The translations under genes and the position numbers were made by a program. A model generated the notes under the pieces. The model saw only the letters and a program-made list of their open reading frames with translations. It made no database searches and was not told the origin of the DNA. From Kiritimatiellia bacterium (GTDB taxonomy: Bacteria; Verrucomicrobiota; Kiritimatiellia; RFP12; UBA1067), in NCBI GenBank assembly GCA_050949565.1, contig JBMNFY010000008.1, forward strand, positions 320,001 to 384,000: a stretch of DNA of 64,000 nt, given 5' to 3'. This document shows, piece after piece, positions 10,436 to 19,414 of the stretch (position 1 is the first letter of the stretch; the number at the start of each line of letters is the position of its first letter).

Positions 10436-10446
10436 ACCTTGACCTT

Positions 10447-10485
10447 TTGTGACACCATTCAACACTTTCCCCCACCACAAGTCAA
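10447..10485 (-). promoter_or_regulatory. dcw promoter region with putative MraZ-binding direct repeats
   Basis: Minus strand reads TTGACT TGTG GTGGGGGAAA GTGTTGAATG GTGTCACAAA: a -35-like hexamer then GTG repeats at 10-bp period. Confidence 0.6.
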
Positions 10486-10690
10486 TACCAAATCTAGCTT
10501 TCACATGTTTTGGTTATTCTTCGCAACCCCTTGGAAATCAATATATTACATAAATTCTGGCGAGCCACCAGCAGAAAAAATAACCCCAAAAAGCCCCTAA
10601 CCGGCGTTTTTGTCCCCGCCGTACGGGACGGCGGAGGCACCAGTTCGTTAGTGCATTAGTTGAGAGTTGAACGTTGAGAGTTCAAATTTT

Positions 10691-13597
10691 TTACTTCGCG
10701 CTTGTGGGCGAGTCTACAGGCTTGAACTGGTAGATGTTGCGGAGGATGAGGTCAGCGGCGGGTTCGCCGCCGGAGAGATCAAGCCTGAGGGTGTTGAGGA
10801 CAATCCATCCCTTGCCGACGCGATAAGCTCCGAGTTGCACCCCGATTTCACATTCGGTGTGGTCGCGCCCGCCGCAACCGACGAAAGCGCTCAGGACAGC
10901 CGTCACATCAGGCTTGGCGCCGTCAAGGTAGACATGACACCCCCAAGCATGCTGGTAGAAGTCCGTGTCCATTAGCCCGCCCCGCGGCAAATCCGCCGTG
11001 AGCGGCGAATCGAGCACGATCGAATCGGTGTGGTAGAGCCAGTTGCTCGCGCGCTTGAGCCGTCCCGCCACAAATGGCATCCTTCGCGGCTGCCCCGTGC
11101 CCATCTTCGTCGAAATCGCTTCCGGCTGCAGAAGGACCACTTTGACACCCTGATGCGCCGCCGCCACGAGCCGGTCGATCTTCTCGTCCGGCAGGTTCAC
11201 CCAGCCAACGAACAGTACGCCTTCGGACGGGAGATGGTCGAAATCGACATCAATGACCCGCATGCCGACGCGCCTGAAGAAACCGATGATATTCGGATGT
11301 ACGCCGCTCACGGTGTAAGCGACCTTGTCTTTCAACGCGCCGAACGCGTCGGGGTCGGTCAGGGTGAAGGCCAGCGTTCCGCAATCGGCGTGTGCGCCTT
11401 CGAGAATCTCCGCCCCGACGCGGTAGCTACCGGGACGCCAGCCGGCCGTGTCGACCTCGCCCGCAAAGAGCGTCTTCACCGGCAACCGCTGTCCGTCCGC
11501 CGCGAGTTCGACGCGATGCGTCATCTCCCGGTGCCAAACAACACCATCCGTGCCCGTGATGCGCAACACGACCGGATAATCGACGCCCTCTTTCAACACA
11601 CCGAAATCAGAAATTGCGACATCGAGCGGAAACTTCGCGCCCGCGTAGAGCGACAGGTTTGTGGACGATACGCAAAAACGCAAATCAGCGAGCTGTTCCT
11701 CGAGCATGTCCGCCATGCCGCGCTTCAGCCCCCCGCCCGTCTCCAGAAGCCCCTCGCCGTAATAGTTGAGATCCTGTGCCATGGTGATCGAGTAGCCGTT
11801 CACCTTCGGGCAGCGCCGGATCATCGTCGTGAGCGCCGCGCGTTTGCCGGCGCTCAGCGCCTCTGAATCTTTGATCATCTCCTCCGGCGTCGGCCAGATC
11901 CGGTAGAGCCCGTACTTGTCGAAGGCGCTACGGAGCGCTTTCACCTGACGCTCAATTATCGGATAGGTGAACAGCTTGCGACCGTGACCGGTCTGCGCCA
12001 CCCGAAGGTACCCCTCAAGCACGTTCGCCATCGATCCATAGCCCGACTCGGAGATGAACGCCGCCCGCCGGTTGGTCTTTGTGAGATGATCGAAAAGCCG
12101 CCACTCGACTTCGTTCAACGGCAGGTCGGGATAGAGGTGGATGTCGCCACGACCAGGGCGGTTGCTGATGCCCTCCTGTGGTGTCTTGATCGGCTCTGGC
12201 GGCGCGTCCGGCGCTTCATCGCCCATCCACGCGTCCCAGTGCACCGAGCCCGGATTCGAGGCCGATGCAATATCGCGCTTCGCGTCCCAACGCCCCGAAT
12301 GGTACATGAAAAGGAGGCCGGGCGCGAGCTGGCGGAGTTCCGGTAGCATGTCGCGAGCGGTTTCATTAAAGACGATCTTGTTCGTCACGTTCTCCGTCTC
12401 GTTCAAGAGTCCGAACATCGTCAGCGATGGATGGTTGCGGTCGCGGCGCACGAGTTCCTTCACCGACTCGCGGAAGAGACGCGCCGTGTCCCGGCCCTCC
12501 ACCTTGAGCCAAGCCATCGGATGCTCCTGGTACATCATGAGGCCGATCTCGTCGCACATGTCAAGCACTTCGGGATATGCCGGACAGTTGATGAAGCGGA
12601 TCGCGTTGAGTCCGCTAACCTTGAGGAAGAGAAGCGTCCGATACATCGCGGCAAGGTTCACGGGGATATCGATCGCACTGGGATGCTCCGACGCCATGTG
12701 CGTACATTTGAGGAAGATGCGGCGGCCGTTGAGTACGAAGTATCCCGAGTCGTCCACCCGCAGGTCACGGAAGGCGCTGCGCACTCCGAGTTCCTCGCCG
12801 CCGGTGCGGACCGTCACGTCATAGAACGAGGGGGCGTCCGGCGACCACAACTTGAATCCGGGCACTTTCACCGTTTCCGGCAGATTTACCGTTCCCCGGC
12901 CTGCCGGAACCGTCACCCGCTGGCGGGACGCCGCGACGACGGCGTCTTGCTTGTGCTCACGCACCTCGACCGTCACGTCGACATCTCGTGCCCGAACCGC
13001 ATCAAACTCGAGCTCACCCGCAATCGCACCGCTCTTCCAGTCCGGGCGCAGGAACACGCAGACAAGGGCAACGTCGTCATGGCGTCGCAACGTGGGCACA
13101 CGCTGAATGCGCGGGAACGTCTTCCAAACCGGCATCTGATGGGAGTCGTTCCCATCAATGCGGAAATTGTGGTCCGGGCAGAGCACATTGAGTACGAGCA
13201 GGTTCTTCGCGCCGCTTCTGAGCGCGCCCGAGACGTCGAAAAAGAAATCACCGTAGGAACCGCGATGTTCGCCGAGCTTCTCGCCGTTGAGCCAGGCCCT
13301 GCAGAGATAGGTGACACCGCCAAGTTCGAGAAACACGCGCTCTCCTGCGGTGAAGTTGGAAACGAACTCACGGTAAAGCCAAACCTCTCGGCAATCGGGA
13401 GCGACATCCGCCGTACAATAGGGCACGGTTGCCTCGACAGCCCCGTCCGGCACACTGCGCTCCCAACCATTGGTCGCGCCGACATGTTCGTAGTCGTACG
13501 CAAGCCGCCAGCCATCGGCAAACCGTAACGCGGGGCTCCCGAAAGCGAAGGCTGCGGCAAGACCTGCCGCCCAAACGACAATCGCCATCCTTGTCAT
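10691..13597 (-). CDS. Secreted glycoside hydrolase family 2 protein
   Basis: Signal peptide, sugar-binding domain (WLNGEKLGEHRG), LWSPDAPSFY, LNGRRIFLK, CDEIGLM, RDRNHPS..LNE, FISESG. Confidence 0.85.
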   Translation of the reverse strand: MTRMAIVVWAAGLAAAFAFGSPALRFADGWRLAYDYEHVGATNGWERSVPDGAVEATVPYCTADVAPDCREVWLYREFVSNFTAGERVFLELGGVTYLCRAWLNGEKLGEHRGSYGDFFFDVSGALRSGAKNLLVLNVLCPDHNFRIDGNDSHQMPVWKTFPRIQRVPTLRRHDDVALVCVFLRPDWKSGAIAGELEFDAVRARDVDVTVEVREHKQDAVVAASRQRVTVPAGRGTVNLPETVKVPGFKLWSPDAPSFYDVTVRTGGEELGVRSAFRDLRVDDSGYFVLNGRRIFLKCTHMASEHPSAIDIPVNLAAMYRTLLFLKVSGLNAIRFINCPAYPEVLDMCDEIGLMMYQEHPMAWLKVEGRDTARLFRESVKELVRRDRNHPSLTMFGLLNETENVTNKIVFNETARDMLPELRQLAPGLLFMYHSGRWDAKRDIASASNPGSVHWDAWMGDEAPDAPPEPIKTPQEGISNRPGRGDIHLYPDLPLNEVEWRLFDHLTKTNRRAAFISESGYGSMANVLEGYLRVAQTGHGRKLFTYPIIERQVKALRSAFDKYGLYRIWPTPEEMIKDSEALSAGKRAALTTMIRRCPKVNGYSITMAQDLNYYGEGLLETGGGLKRGMADMLEEQLADLRFCVSSTNLSLYAGAKFPLDVAISDFGVLKEGVDYPVVLRITGTDGVVWHREMTHRVELAADGQRLPVKTLFAGEVDTAGWRPGSYRVGAEILEGAHADCGTLAFTLTDPDAFGALKDKVAYTVSGVHPNIIGFFRRVGMRVIDVDFDHLPSEGVLFVGWVNLPDEKIDRLVAAAHQGVKVVLLQPEAISTKMGTGQPRRMPFVAGRLKRASNWLYHTDSIVLDSPLTADLPRGGLMDTDFYQHAWGCHVYLDGAKPDVTAVLSAFVGCGGRDHTECEIGVQLGAYRVGKGWIVLNTLRLDLSGGEPAADLILRNIYQFKPVDSPTSAK

Positions 13598-13607
13598 CGT
13601 TGTCCCC

Positions 13608-16403
13608 CTATCTTTTCCGTGCGTTGGCCAGCAGAATGGCACCTGCGGGGGATGTCTTTTCGATCGGCAGCGTCGAAACAATCAACAGACCCTTGCCATG
13701 CTTGAACGTAGCCAGATTGAACGACCGGTTGTAGACAGGCGGACCACCTACGTTGAAGTTGACCGACGCAAAGGAGACGGGCTCCGTATCCGTCGTGAAA
13801 CCGTAAAACGGAAAACAGTCCGTGTAAAAATCCCAGTCGAGGAACCCCGTCTTCAATCCCTGCGTGAGCGGATCGGGCACCATGATCGTGTCATCATGGT
13901 AGAGCCAGTGATTCCGGGGCGTGACCACGAGGTTGGCAAGCGGAAGGAATGCAGGAGGCTTGCTGCCCCACTTCTCGAGATGGACAAGTCCCGTCGCGCC
14001 TGCCTCGATGCGTGCCATCGCGGCCTTGCCCTGCTCCTCGTCGACGCGGCCGAGTTCAAAGAAATCGCCTCGCGGCTTCTCTTCGACCGGACGCGCCGTC
14101 ACGTAGAACCCCTTCTCGAAGGCCGCAGCATAACCGCCATGGTTAAGGTAAGCCCTCAGCATGTACGCGCCTTGGGGGAGATCAACCTCGGCCCGGAACC
14201 GCGCGACAGGGTATGCGACGGCGCGCAGACCATCCTTGTCCTTCTGCGGCACGGTAAAGGGCGCAACCGGTGACCGCCACTTTACCTCGCCGTTCGTGTC
14301 CACGAGCGCAAACGTTGCCTCGTACGTCCCGTCGCGCAGCGCCTCAAAGTCGGCCAGCACAGCCTCAAACTCCACCGCGTCCCCCGCGAAATAGTTCCCC
14401 TTGGACAAGAACAGACACCAGCGCAGATCGCTCCAGCCATCGCGGAACACATCAAAGTTTTCGTCCTTGATGCGACGGAAGAGCGACATGGGGCCCTCGC
14501 CGCAGAGCGCATGGTCGAGCGCGCCTGTGAGATTAAAGCCCACGAAGCGTGGATTCGAACGCACGAGATCGAATCCTTCACGGCGGCTGCGCGCGTTCAT
14601 GCGCTCGGACGCCCTCAAGAAATCAACGGGGTCGGCGAAGAACCGCCCGAGCCCCAGCTTCTCCCAGTCTTCGAGATACCTCCTGCGGATCTCAGCCATC
14701 AGCGCGTGGTCGGGCGCGGTTGCGGGAATGCCGCGACGTTCGAACTCATGACAGTGGTCGATCACGTCCAGCAGCGAACCGACACCGTATTCAGAGAAGA
14801 AGGCCGGCTTCGCGTGGGCGCTCCATGTGCGGATCTTGCGCACCTGATCCGGGTTGTGCGGATAGCCGGGGTAGAAGTGGAGGTCGCCGCAGGCGGGCTT
14901 GAGCCCGATGTCGCCGGGGGACGGCGCGTCGTTGTTGGCGCGATTGCCGTCTTCGCCCCACACGCACTCCCATTCCATGCTGCCGGGATTGGACGCGGAA
15001 CCCACACCCCAGTCCGGCCCCGGTTGCCCTTCGAACTGGTATTGCCAGCTTGCTTTCTGGCCCTTCGGCAGCTTCGGCCAGAGATCCCAGCGCCCGGAGC
15101 TGAAGATCCAGAGGCGCGTGGGATCGAGTGCCCGCATTTCAGGGAGCATCGTGCGCGCGGCTTCGATCGAGTCGCCCTGTCGCATCTCGTTGATCGCACC
15201 CCAGATGGTGATCGACGGATGGTTGCGGTCACGCTTCAATTCGCAACGCATGGACTCGAGGAAGCGTTGCTTCGCGTGAGGCGAATCGGCGAGACACCAC
15301 GAGGCATAAGTTTCCTGATAGACCATCAGGCCGAGCCGGTCGCAGTAATCAAGTTGGCGCGGCGTGGCTTGTGTGGCAATGAAACGCACGCAGTTGTACC
15401 CCATCGCCTTCATGTTCTGGAAGTCGCGATACTCAAGCTCGGGCGTGGCGGCATCCACCACAGAAAGACCGCCCGGCATGTGGTTCCCGGTATGAGCGCT
15501 TTTGAGGAAGATCCGTTTCCCGTTGAGTGTGAACCACCCATTCACGAGGCGGAAATCACGGAATCCGAAACGCGTCGCGTAGCCATTGACCGCAAGCGTG
15601 TAGACGTTCGGCGTATCGATACTCCAGAGCTTGAAGCCCGGCACATCAAACGTCTCTTCAAACAGGGTGTCTCCAGACGGCAGCTCGCGCGGGCGCATCA
15701 CAGTGCAGACAGGGTTCGGCGCGTCGTCAGTGTATACGACGAAGGTAATATCTCTCTTGCATGGCGCGCCTGAGTCATTGCGCACCGTCGTTTCAACCGT
15801 GACGCGACCGGTTTTCCAATCCGCTTTCACGAAGGCATCGGTCACGCGCACCGCAGGAACAACCTCAAGCGAAACGGGAAGCATAATGCCACCCGTGTTG
15901 TAACACCAGCCGGGCCTAAACTCCATCTTGTCGTGCTTGTTGCGGTGAGGAATCGTCTTGCACGTAAAGCCCTCGATCATCTCCTCGCCGGGATTGATCA
16001 CACGCACGGCGAGCAGGGTGTCTTCTTTGAGCGTATCCGTCACATCAAATGCGAACGGGCTTTCCGCGCCTTCGTGACTTCCGATCTTCTGTCCGTCCAG
16101 ATAGACATCGCAGAAATAGTCGACCGCGCCAAAGCGGAGCATCACGCGCTCCTGCGCTCCGGCTTTCGGACGCGCGACACGCCGGTAGTACCATGCCACG
16201 CCGCAGTCGTACGGATAAACCTGCTGGATGACGCCCGGAACCGGCACCGGCTTCGCGTTGTCCCGCACGGCCGCCGCCCAGCCGTTCGTCTTGCCGCAGT
16301 TGCCTGGATCAAGCGCGAGCATCCACCCGCCGTCCAACTCGATCGCATTCACGGCTCCCGCAGCCAACAAGGCCGCGACGCAAACCATTGTCTTCCGTCG
16401 CAT
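13608..16403 (-). CDS. Secreted glycoside hydrolase family 2 protein
   Basis: Signal peptide from ATG 16403; FGAVDY, FGFRDF, LNGKRIFLK, CDRLGLMV, RDRNHPSITIWGAINE, FFSEYG. Confidence 0.87.
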   Translation of the reverse strand: MRRKTMVCVAALLAAGAVNAIELDGGWMLALDPGNCGKTNGWAAAVRDNAKPVPVPGVIQQVYPYDCGVAWYYRRVARPKAGAQERVMLRFGAVDYFCDVYLDGQKIGSHEGAESPFAFDVTDTLKEDTLLAVRVINPGEEMIEGFTCKTIPHRNKHDKMEFRPGWCYNTGGIMLPVSLEVVPAVRVTDAFVKADWKTGRVTVETTVRNDSGAPCKRDITFVVYTDDAPNPVCTVMRPRELPSGDTLFEETFDVPGFKLWSIDTPNVYTLAVNGYATRFGFRDFRLVNGWFTLNGKRIFLKSAHTGNHMPGGLSVVDAATPELEYRDFQNMKAMGYNCVRFIATQATPRQLDYCDRLGLMVYQETYASWCLADSPHAKQRFLESMRCELKRDRNHPSITIWGAINEMRQGDSIEAARTMLPEMRALDPTRLWIFSSGRWDLWPKLPKGQKASWQYQFEGQPGPDWGVGSASNPGSMEWECVWGEDGNRANNDAPSPGDIGLKPACGDLHFYPGYPHNPDQVRKIRTWSAHAKPAFFSEYGVGSLLDVIDHCHEFERRGIPATAPDHALMAEIRRRYLEDWEKLGLGRFFADPVDFLRASERMNARSRREGFDLVRSNPRFVGFNLTGALDHALCGEGPMSLFRRIKDENFDVFRDGWSDLRWCLFLSKGNYFAGDAVEFEAVLADFEALRDGTYEATFALVDTNGEVKWRSPVAPFTVPQKDKDGLRAVAYPVARFRAEVDLPQGAYMLRAYLNHGGYAAAFEKGFYVTARPVEEKPRGDFFELGRVDEEQGKAAMARIEAGATGLVHLEKWGSKPPAFLPLANLVVTPRNHWLYHDDTIMVPDPLTQGLKTGFLDWDFYTDCFPFYGFTTDTEPVSFASVNFNVGGPPVYNRSFNLATFKHGKGLLIVSTLPIEKTSPAGAILLANARKR

Positions 16404-16414
16404 TCTTTTCTCCT

Positions 16415-17767
16415 TTATTTCCCGAAAGCGCGATCGGCGAAGTCGAGCATCCACTGCCAGTCGTACCCGGCAATGCCGTGGTCTTCGCTGCGGCGCACAT
16501 AGCCAAAAGAGTCGCCGATTGCGGAAAGGTCGTAATTGTCCGGATACGGGACATCGGGCATCGTGCCTTTGCCGAGGAACTTCCAGACTGGCGCGGCGGC
16601 CTTGCACGCGAGGTACTCGCCCTCTGTGTCCATCCACCTCGACGTGTCGAACCCCTCGATTAAAAGCGCCCGCGGTGCCACACAGGCCAGCAGCATGTGC
16701 TGGTCGAAGGTCAACAGCTTCGCGGGATCGGGCGCGTACTTGTCATAGGCGCGGCAATACCAGTGGGTAAAGGCATGGATTTCAGTGTTGACGTTCTCGC
16801 CGTAGTTGCGCTTGGCAAGAGGTGCGCCGCCGCCACCGGTCTGGTTGGGCACGCAAACAGCAAAGCGCTCGTCACGAGCGGCCGCAAGCAACGCAGCCTT
16901 ACCGAGCCGCGAGCAACCGGTGACGACACTCCGCTTCGCGTCGATTTCCGGGACGCGCTCGGCGAGATCGAGCCCGCGCGAAAGCGCCCAAGCCCACGCC
17001 CCGAGCGCGGTGATATTGTCCGTACGGCTCTCGTCGCGCTTGCCCCAAAGATCGAAGACGCCGGTATAGGCAAACGTCTTCTGCTCGTAGGGGGGCTTTT
17101 GGTTGTAGCCCGGATCAGGCGAAACTTCGCAGTAGCACGCGCTCATCGCCGCGTAGCCGCGCGCGAGGATCATCGCAAGCGGGAAGATGCTGTCGGAGTT
17201 CGCGTCCTGCATCATGCCGCGCGTGCGTTCTGAAGAGCGGTTTCCGTCGGTGTGTTTTCCAGCGCGGGTCCAGCCCGTCTGCACCGGAATGTCGTTGTCG
17301 CAGACAAGCTCGTGGTTGCCGCGATAGTTGAGAAAACTGACGACCGGCACCGGCTTCTTGGCCCAGCGCGGGATCCAGAGGATCCAGTTGATGCAAGGCC
17401 CCGTGCGGTCCGCCTTGAAATACATCTTGTACTGACGGCGTATCGCAAATCCCGCCGCCGTGACCTTTTCGTTGACGAGATCGGTGATGAGCGCCTCGGG
17501 CTTTGGCGGCTCAACGCCGTACATCTCCTTCGCGAAAATCTCCAGTATCTCCTCGCGGCGCACGCGCCAGTCGGCCTGGCTTTTGACCTTGCGTCCATCG
17601 ACGAACGTCAAAGGGTCCTCAAGCGTGTACGGAGCGATGCGGCTCTCGTCGTAATTGACGAGCACCTTGACGCCGTTGTAATCGTTGGTCACCACCAACT
17701 TCGCTGCATGGACGGTAAACGCCGCAAGCACCGCACAAACCGCCGCAGTCACTCGAATCACCTTCAT
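16415..17767 (-). CDS. CE15 family (glucuronoyl esterase-like) carbohydrate esterase
   Basis: AWAWALSR, TGCSRLGKAAL nucleophile motif, DQHMLLACVAPR; signal peptide. Confidence 0.85.
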   Translation of the reverse strand: MKVIRVTAAVCAVLAAFTVHAAKLVVTNDYNGVKVLVNYDESRIAPYTLEDPLTFVDGRKVKSQADWRVRREEILEIFAKEMYGVEPPKPEALITDLVNEKVTAAGFAIRRQYKMYFKADRTGPCINWILWIPRWAKKPVPVVSFLNYRGNHELVCDNDIPVQTGWTRAGKHTDGNRSSERTRGMMQDANSDSIFPLAMILARGYAAMSACYCEVSPDPGYNQKPPYEQKTFAYTGVFDLWGKRDESRTDNITALGAWAWALSRGLDLAERVPEIDAKRSVVTGCSRLGKAALLAAARDERFAVCVPNQTGGGGAPLAKRNYGENVNTEIHAFTHWYCRAYDKYAPDPAKLLTFDQHMLLACVAPRALLIEGFDTSRWMDTEGEYLACKAAAPVWKFLGKGTMPDVPYPDNYDLSAIGDSFGYVRRSEDHGIAGYDWQWMLDFADRAFGK

Positions 17768-17876
17768 AGCATCTCTCCTTTACTCGTTTGGTGCCAATTG
17801 TATCAAATACCACCCTAAACTCATAGTCCGTGAGGCTATGCACTCATAAGCGCACTAACCGGTTGCCAAAGCGGCC

Positions 17877-17925
17877 TTGACCTTGCACCGAGCGGGTGTT
17901 ACCATTTCGACAAATGGGTAATACC
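17877..17925 (+). promoter_or_regulatory. sigma70-type promoter with overlapping palindromic operator for vapBC
   Basis: TTGACC(17877)-N17-TACCAT(17900) with TGn extension; imperfect inverted repeat GGTGTTACCATTT-CGAC-AAATGGGTAATACC at 17895-17925. Confidence 0.65.
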
Positions 17926-17939
17926 GTTCGGAGGAGACC

Positions 17940-18182
17940 ATGATTACTGTCACACTTAAGATGCCTCAGTCGCTCGTGAGCAAGCTGAATGTCATCGCTG
18001 AGAAGCACCAGACGTCACGCTCGGAACTGATCCGAACAGCCGTGCTCAAGTACATCGATGCAGACCAGTCAAAGGCCGCTGAACCGTCAGCCTACGATTG
18101 TATTAGGGAGTTTTCCGGCACAGTGGAGGGGCCGTGCGATCTGTCGTCTCATGCCCGCCACATGGAGGGATACGGGAGATGA
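17940..18182 (+). CDS. Ribbon-helix-helix (CopG-like) antitoxin
   Basis: MITVTLKMP...SRSELIRTAV RHH pattern; GGAGGAG RBS; ATGA overlap with the PIN gene. Confidence 0.85.
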   Translation: MITVTLKMPQSLVSKLNVIAEKHQTSRSELIRTAVLKYIDADQSKAAEPSAYDCIREFSGTVEGPCDLSSHARHMEGYGR

Positions 18183-18595
18183 AGCCGCCGATCATCATCG
18201 ATGCCGGCCCCCTCGTGGCGCTCATCAATGCCCGCGACACCTATCATGCGTGGACAGTGGAACAGCTCAAGCAGGCGTCGGGACCCCTGCTCACCTGCGA
18301 GGCCGCGCTTTCCGAAGCCATCTTTCTTCTGCGTACAACATCCGGGGGTGTCTCGCAAATAGGAGGGATGCTGAGATCCGGCGGACTCAAGTGTAACTTC
18401 TGCCTGAGCGACGAAATCGTGCCCGTGTGTGACCTCCTTCGGAAGTATGCCGATGTCCCCATGTCGCTGGCGGATGCCTGCCTCGTTAGGATGTCTGAGC
18501 TTTTCCCGAAGCACCGGGTTATGTCCCTTGACAGCGATTTCCACGTCTACCGCCGCAACCGGCAGCAGGCGGTTCCGCTTCTGACGCCGCTTTGA
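18179..18595 (+). CDS. vapC: PIN-domain toxin (VapC family)
   Basis: IIIDAGPLVAL, SEA, MSLADACLV, SLDSDFHVYR acidic PIN residues; start at the ATGA overlap. Confidence 0.88.
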   Translation: MKPPIIIDAGPLVALINARDTYHAWTVEQLKQASGPLLTCEAALSEAIFLLRTTSGGVSQIGGMLRSGGLKCNFCLSDEIVPVCDLLRKYADVPMSLADACLVRMSELFPKHRVMSLDSDFHVYRRNRQQAVPLLTPL

Positions 18596-18609
18596 TGCGG
18601 ATGGGGCGG

Positions 18610-18718
18610 AAAGCGGTGCCGCGACCCGCGCACAGCACGGCTCTTGTCACCGCACTGATTTTTGAGCGTGAAAATTGGAGTGCGGCGGCAAGCGGTATCC
18701 CGCGCGACGCCGCTTTTT
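18610..18718. repeat. Pair of GGAGTGCGG...CCGCTTT REP-like elements
   Basis: Related copies at 25094-25215, 52229-52277, 54008-54055 and 62331-62375. Confidence 0.8.
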
Positions 18719-18756
18719 CGGCGTTCGGCGTTCAGCGTTCGGCGTTCGGCGTTCAG
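18717..18756. repeat. Heptamer tandem repeat (TTCGGCG) x about 5.7
   Basis: ttcggcg ttcggcg ttcagcg ttcggcg ttcggcg ttcag; contains the minus-strand TGA at 18753-18755. Confidence 0.9.
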
Positions 18757-19391
18757 TCGTCTTGTCCCTTCGTTGCTCTCAACTCGACCAACCGTAGAAG
18801 CACCAAATCGTCTGCGCGTTTTTCGGCGGCCTTGATTGCCGTGTTTATTGATGCCGCATCGAGTTTTTCCCCATTCCGGTCGTTGAGCAAAAACCAGACA
18901 ACACGTCTGCGCCCCAGTAATATCGCCACATCCAAAGCTGTGTCTCCCGTTTTAGGGTTGCGGGCGTTTATGTCCGCCCCCTCCGTCAGCAAACGCTTGA
19001 TCGCTGAGATACAGTCATCGTCTGAAAACACCACCTCATGACGTATCGGCGGGTATCCCGACTTACCGTGTCTTTGAATATGGCCAGTGGTGACGACAAC
19101 ACGCCAGATTCTCAAATCACTTCCCTTGTTGTCTTCTTGCGAGAGCGTGTACAACAATTCGGCCTTGCGTTCCAGCGTGAAAAGGGAACTGTCGTATCGC
19201 TCCACCTTAGATTTGTCTACGGCATCCGCACTTTCGTCAGCGTCTTTTCCCGGTGTTGTCGCATGATGCCTATGGTTTTCAGATACGGTTGGGACGTCCT
19301 GTTTCTTTTGGCATGACGCGCAACCGCTACCATAGACGATTACCGACAACACCAGGAAAAGAGACTTCTTGGCCGTCAGCGATAATAACAT
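18753..19391 (-). CDS. Ankyrin-repeat putative lipoprotein (in frame with the upstream gene as sequenced)
   Basis: Own ATG at 19391, hydrophobic leader ending GSGC, ankyrin motif LLTEGADINARNPKTGDTALDVAI; visibly more AT-rich than the upstream ORF. Confidence 0.7.
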   Translation of the reverse strand: MLLSLTAKKSLFLVLSVIVYGSGCASCQKKQDVPTVSENHRHHATTPGKDADESADAVDKSKVERYDSSLFTLERKAELLYTLSQEDNKGSDLRIWRVVVTTGHIQRHGKSGYPPIRHEVVFSDDDCISAIKRLLTEGADINARNPKTGDTALDVAILLGRRRVVWFLLNDRNGEKLDAASINTAIKAAEKRADDLVLLRLVELRATKGQDD

Positions 19392-19414
19392 TGCATAAAC
19401 CCTGTTCCGCACGG

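Noticed and set aside
10614-10640. Hairpin between the GH2 gene and mraZ as a terminator
   Set aside because: The stem is present but there is no U-tract on the transcribed minus strand
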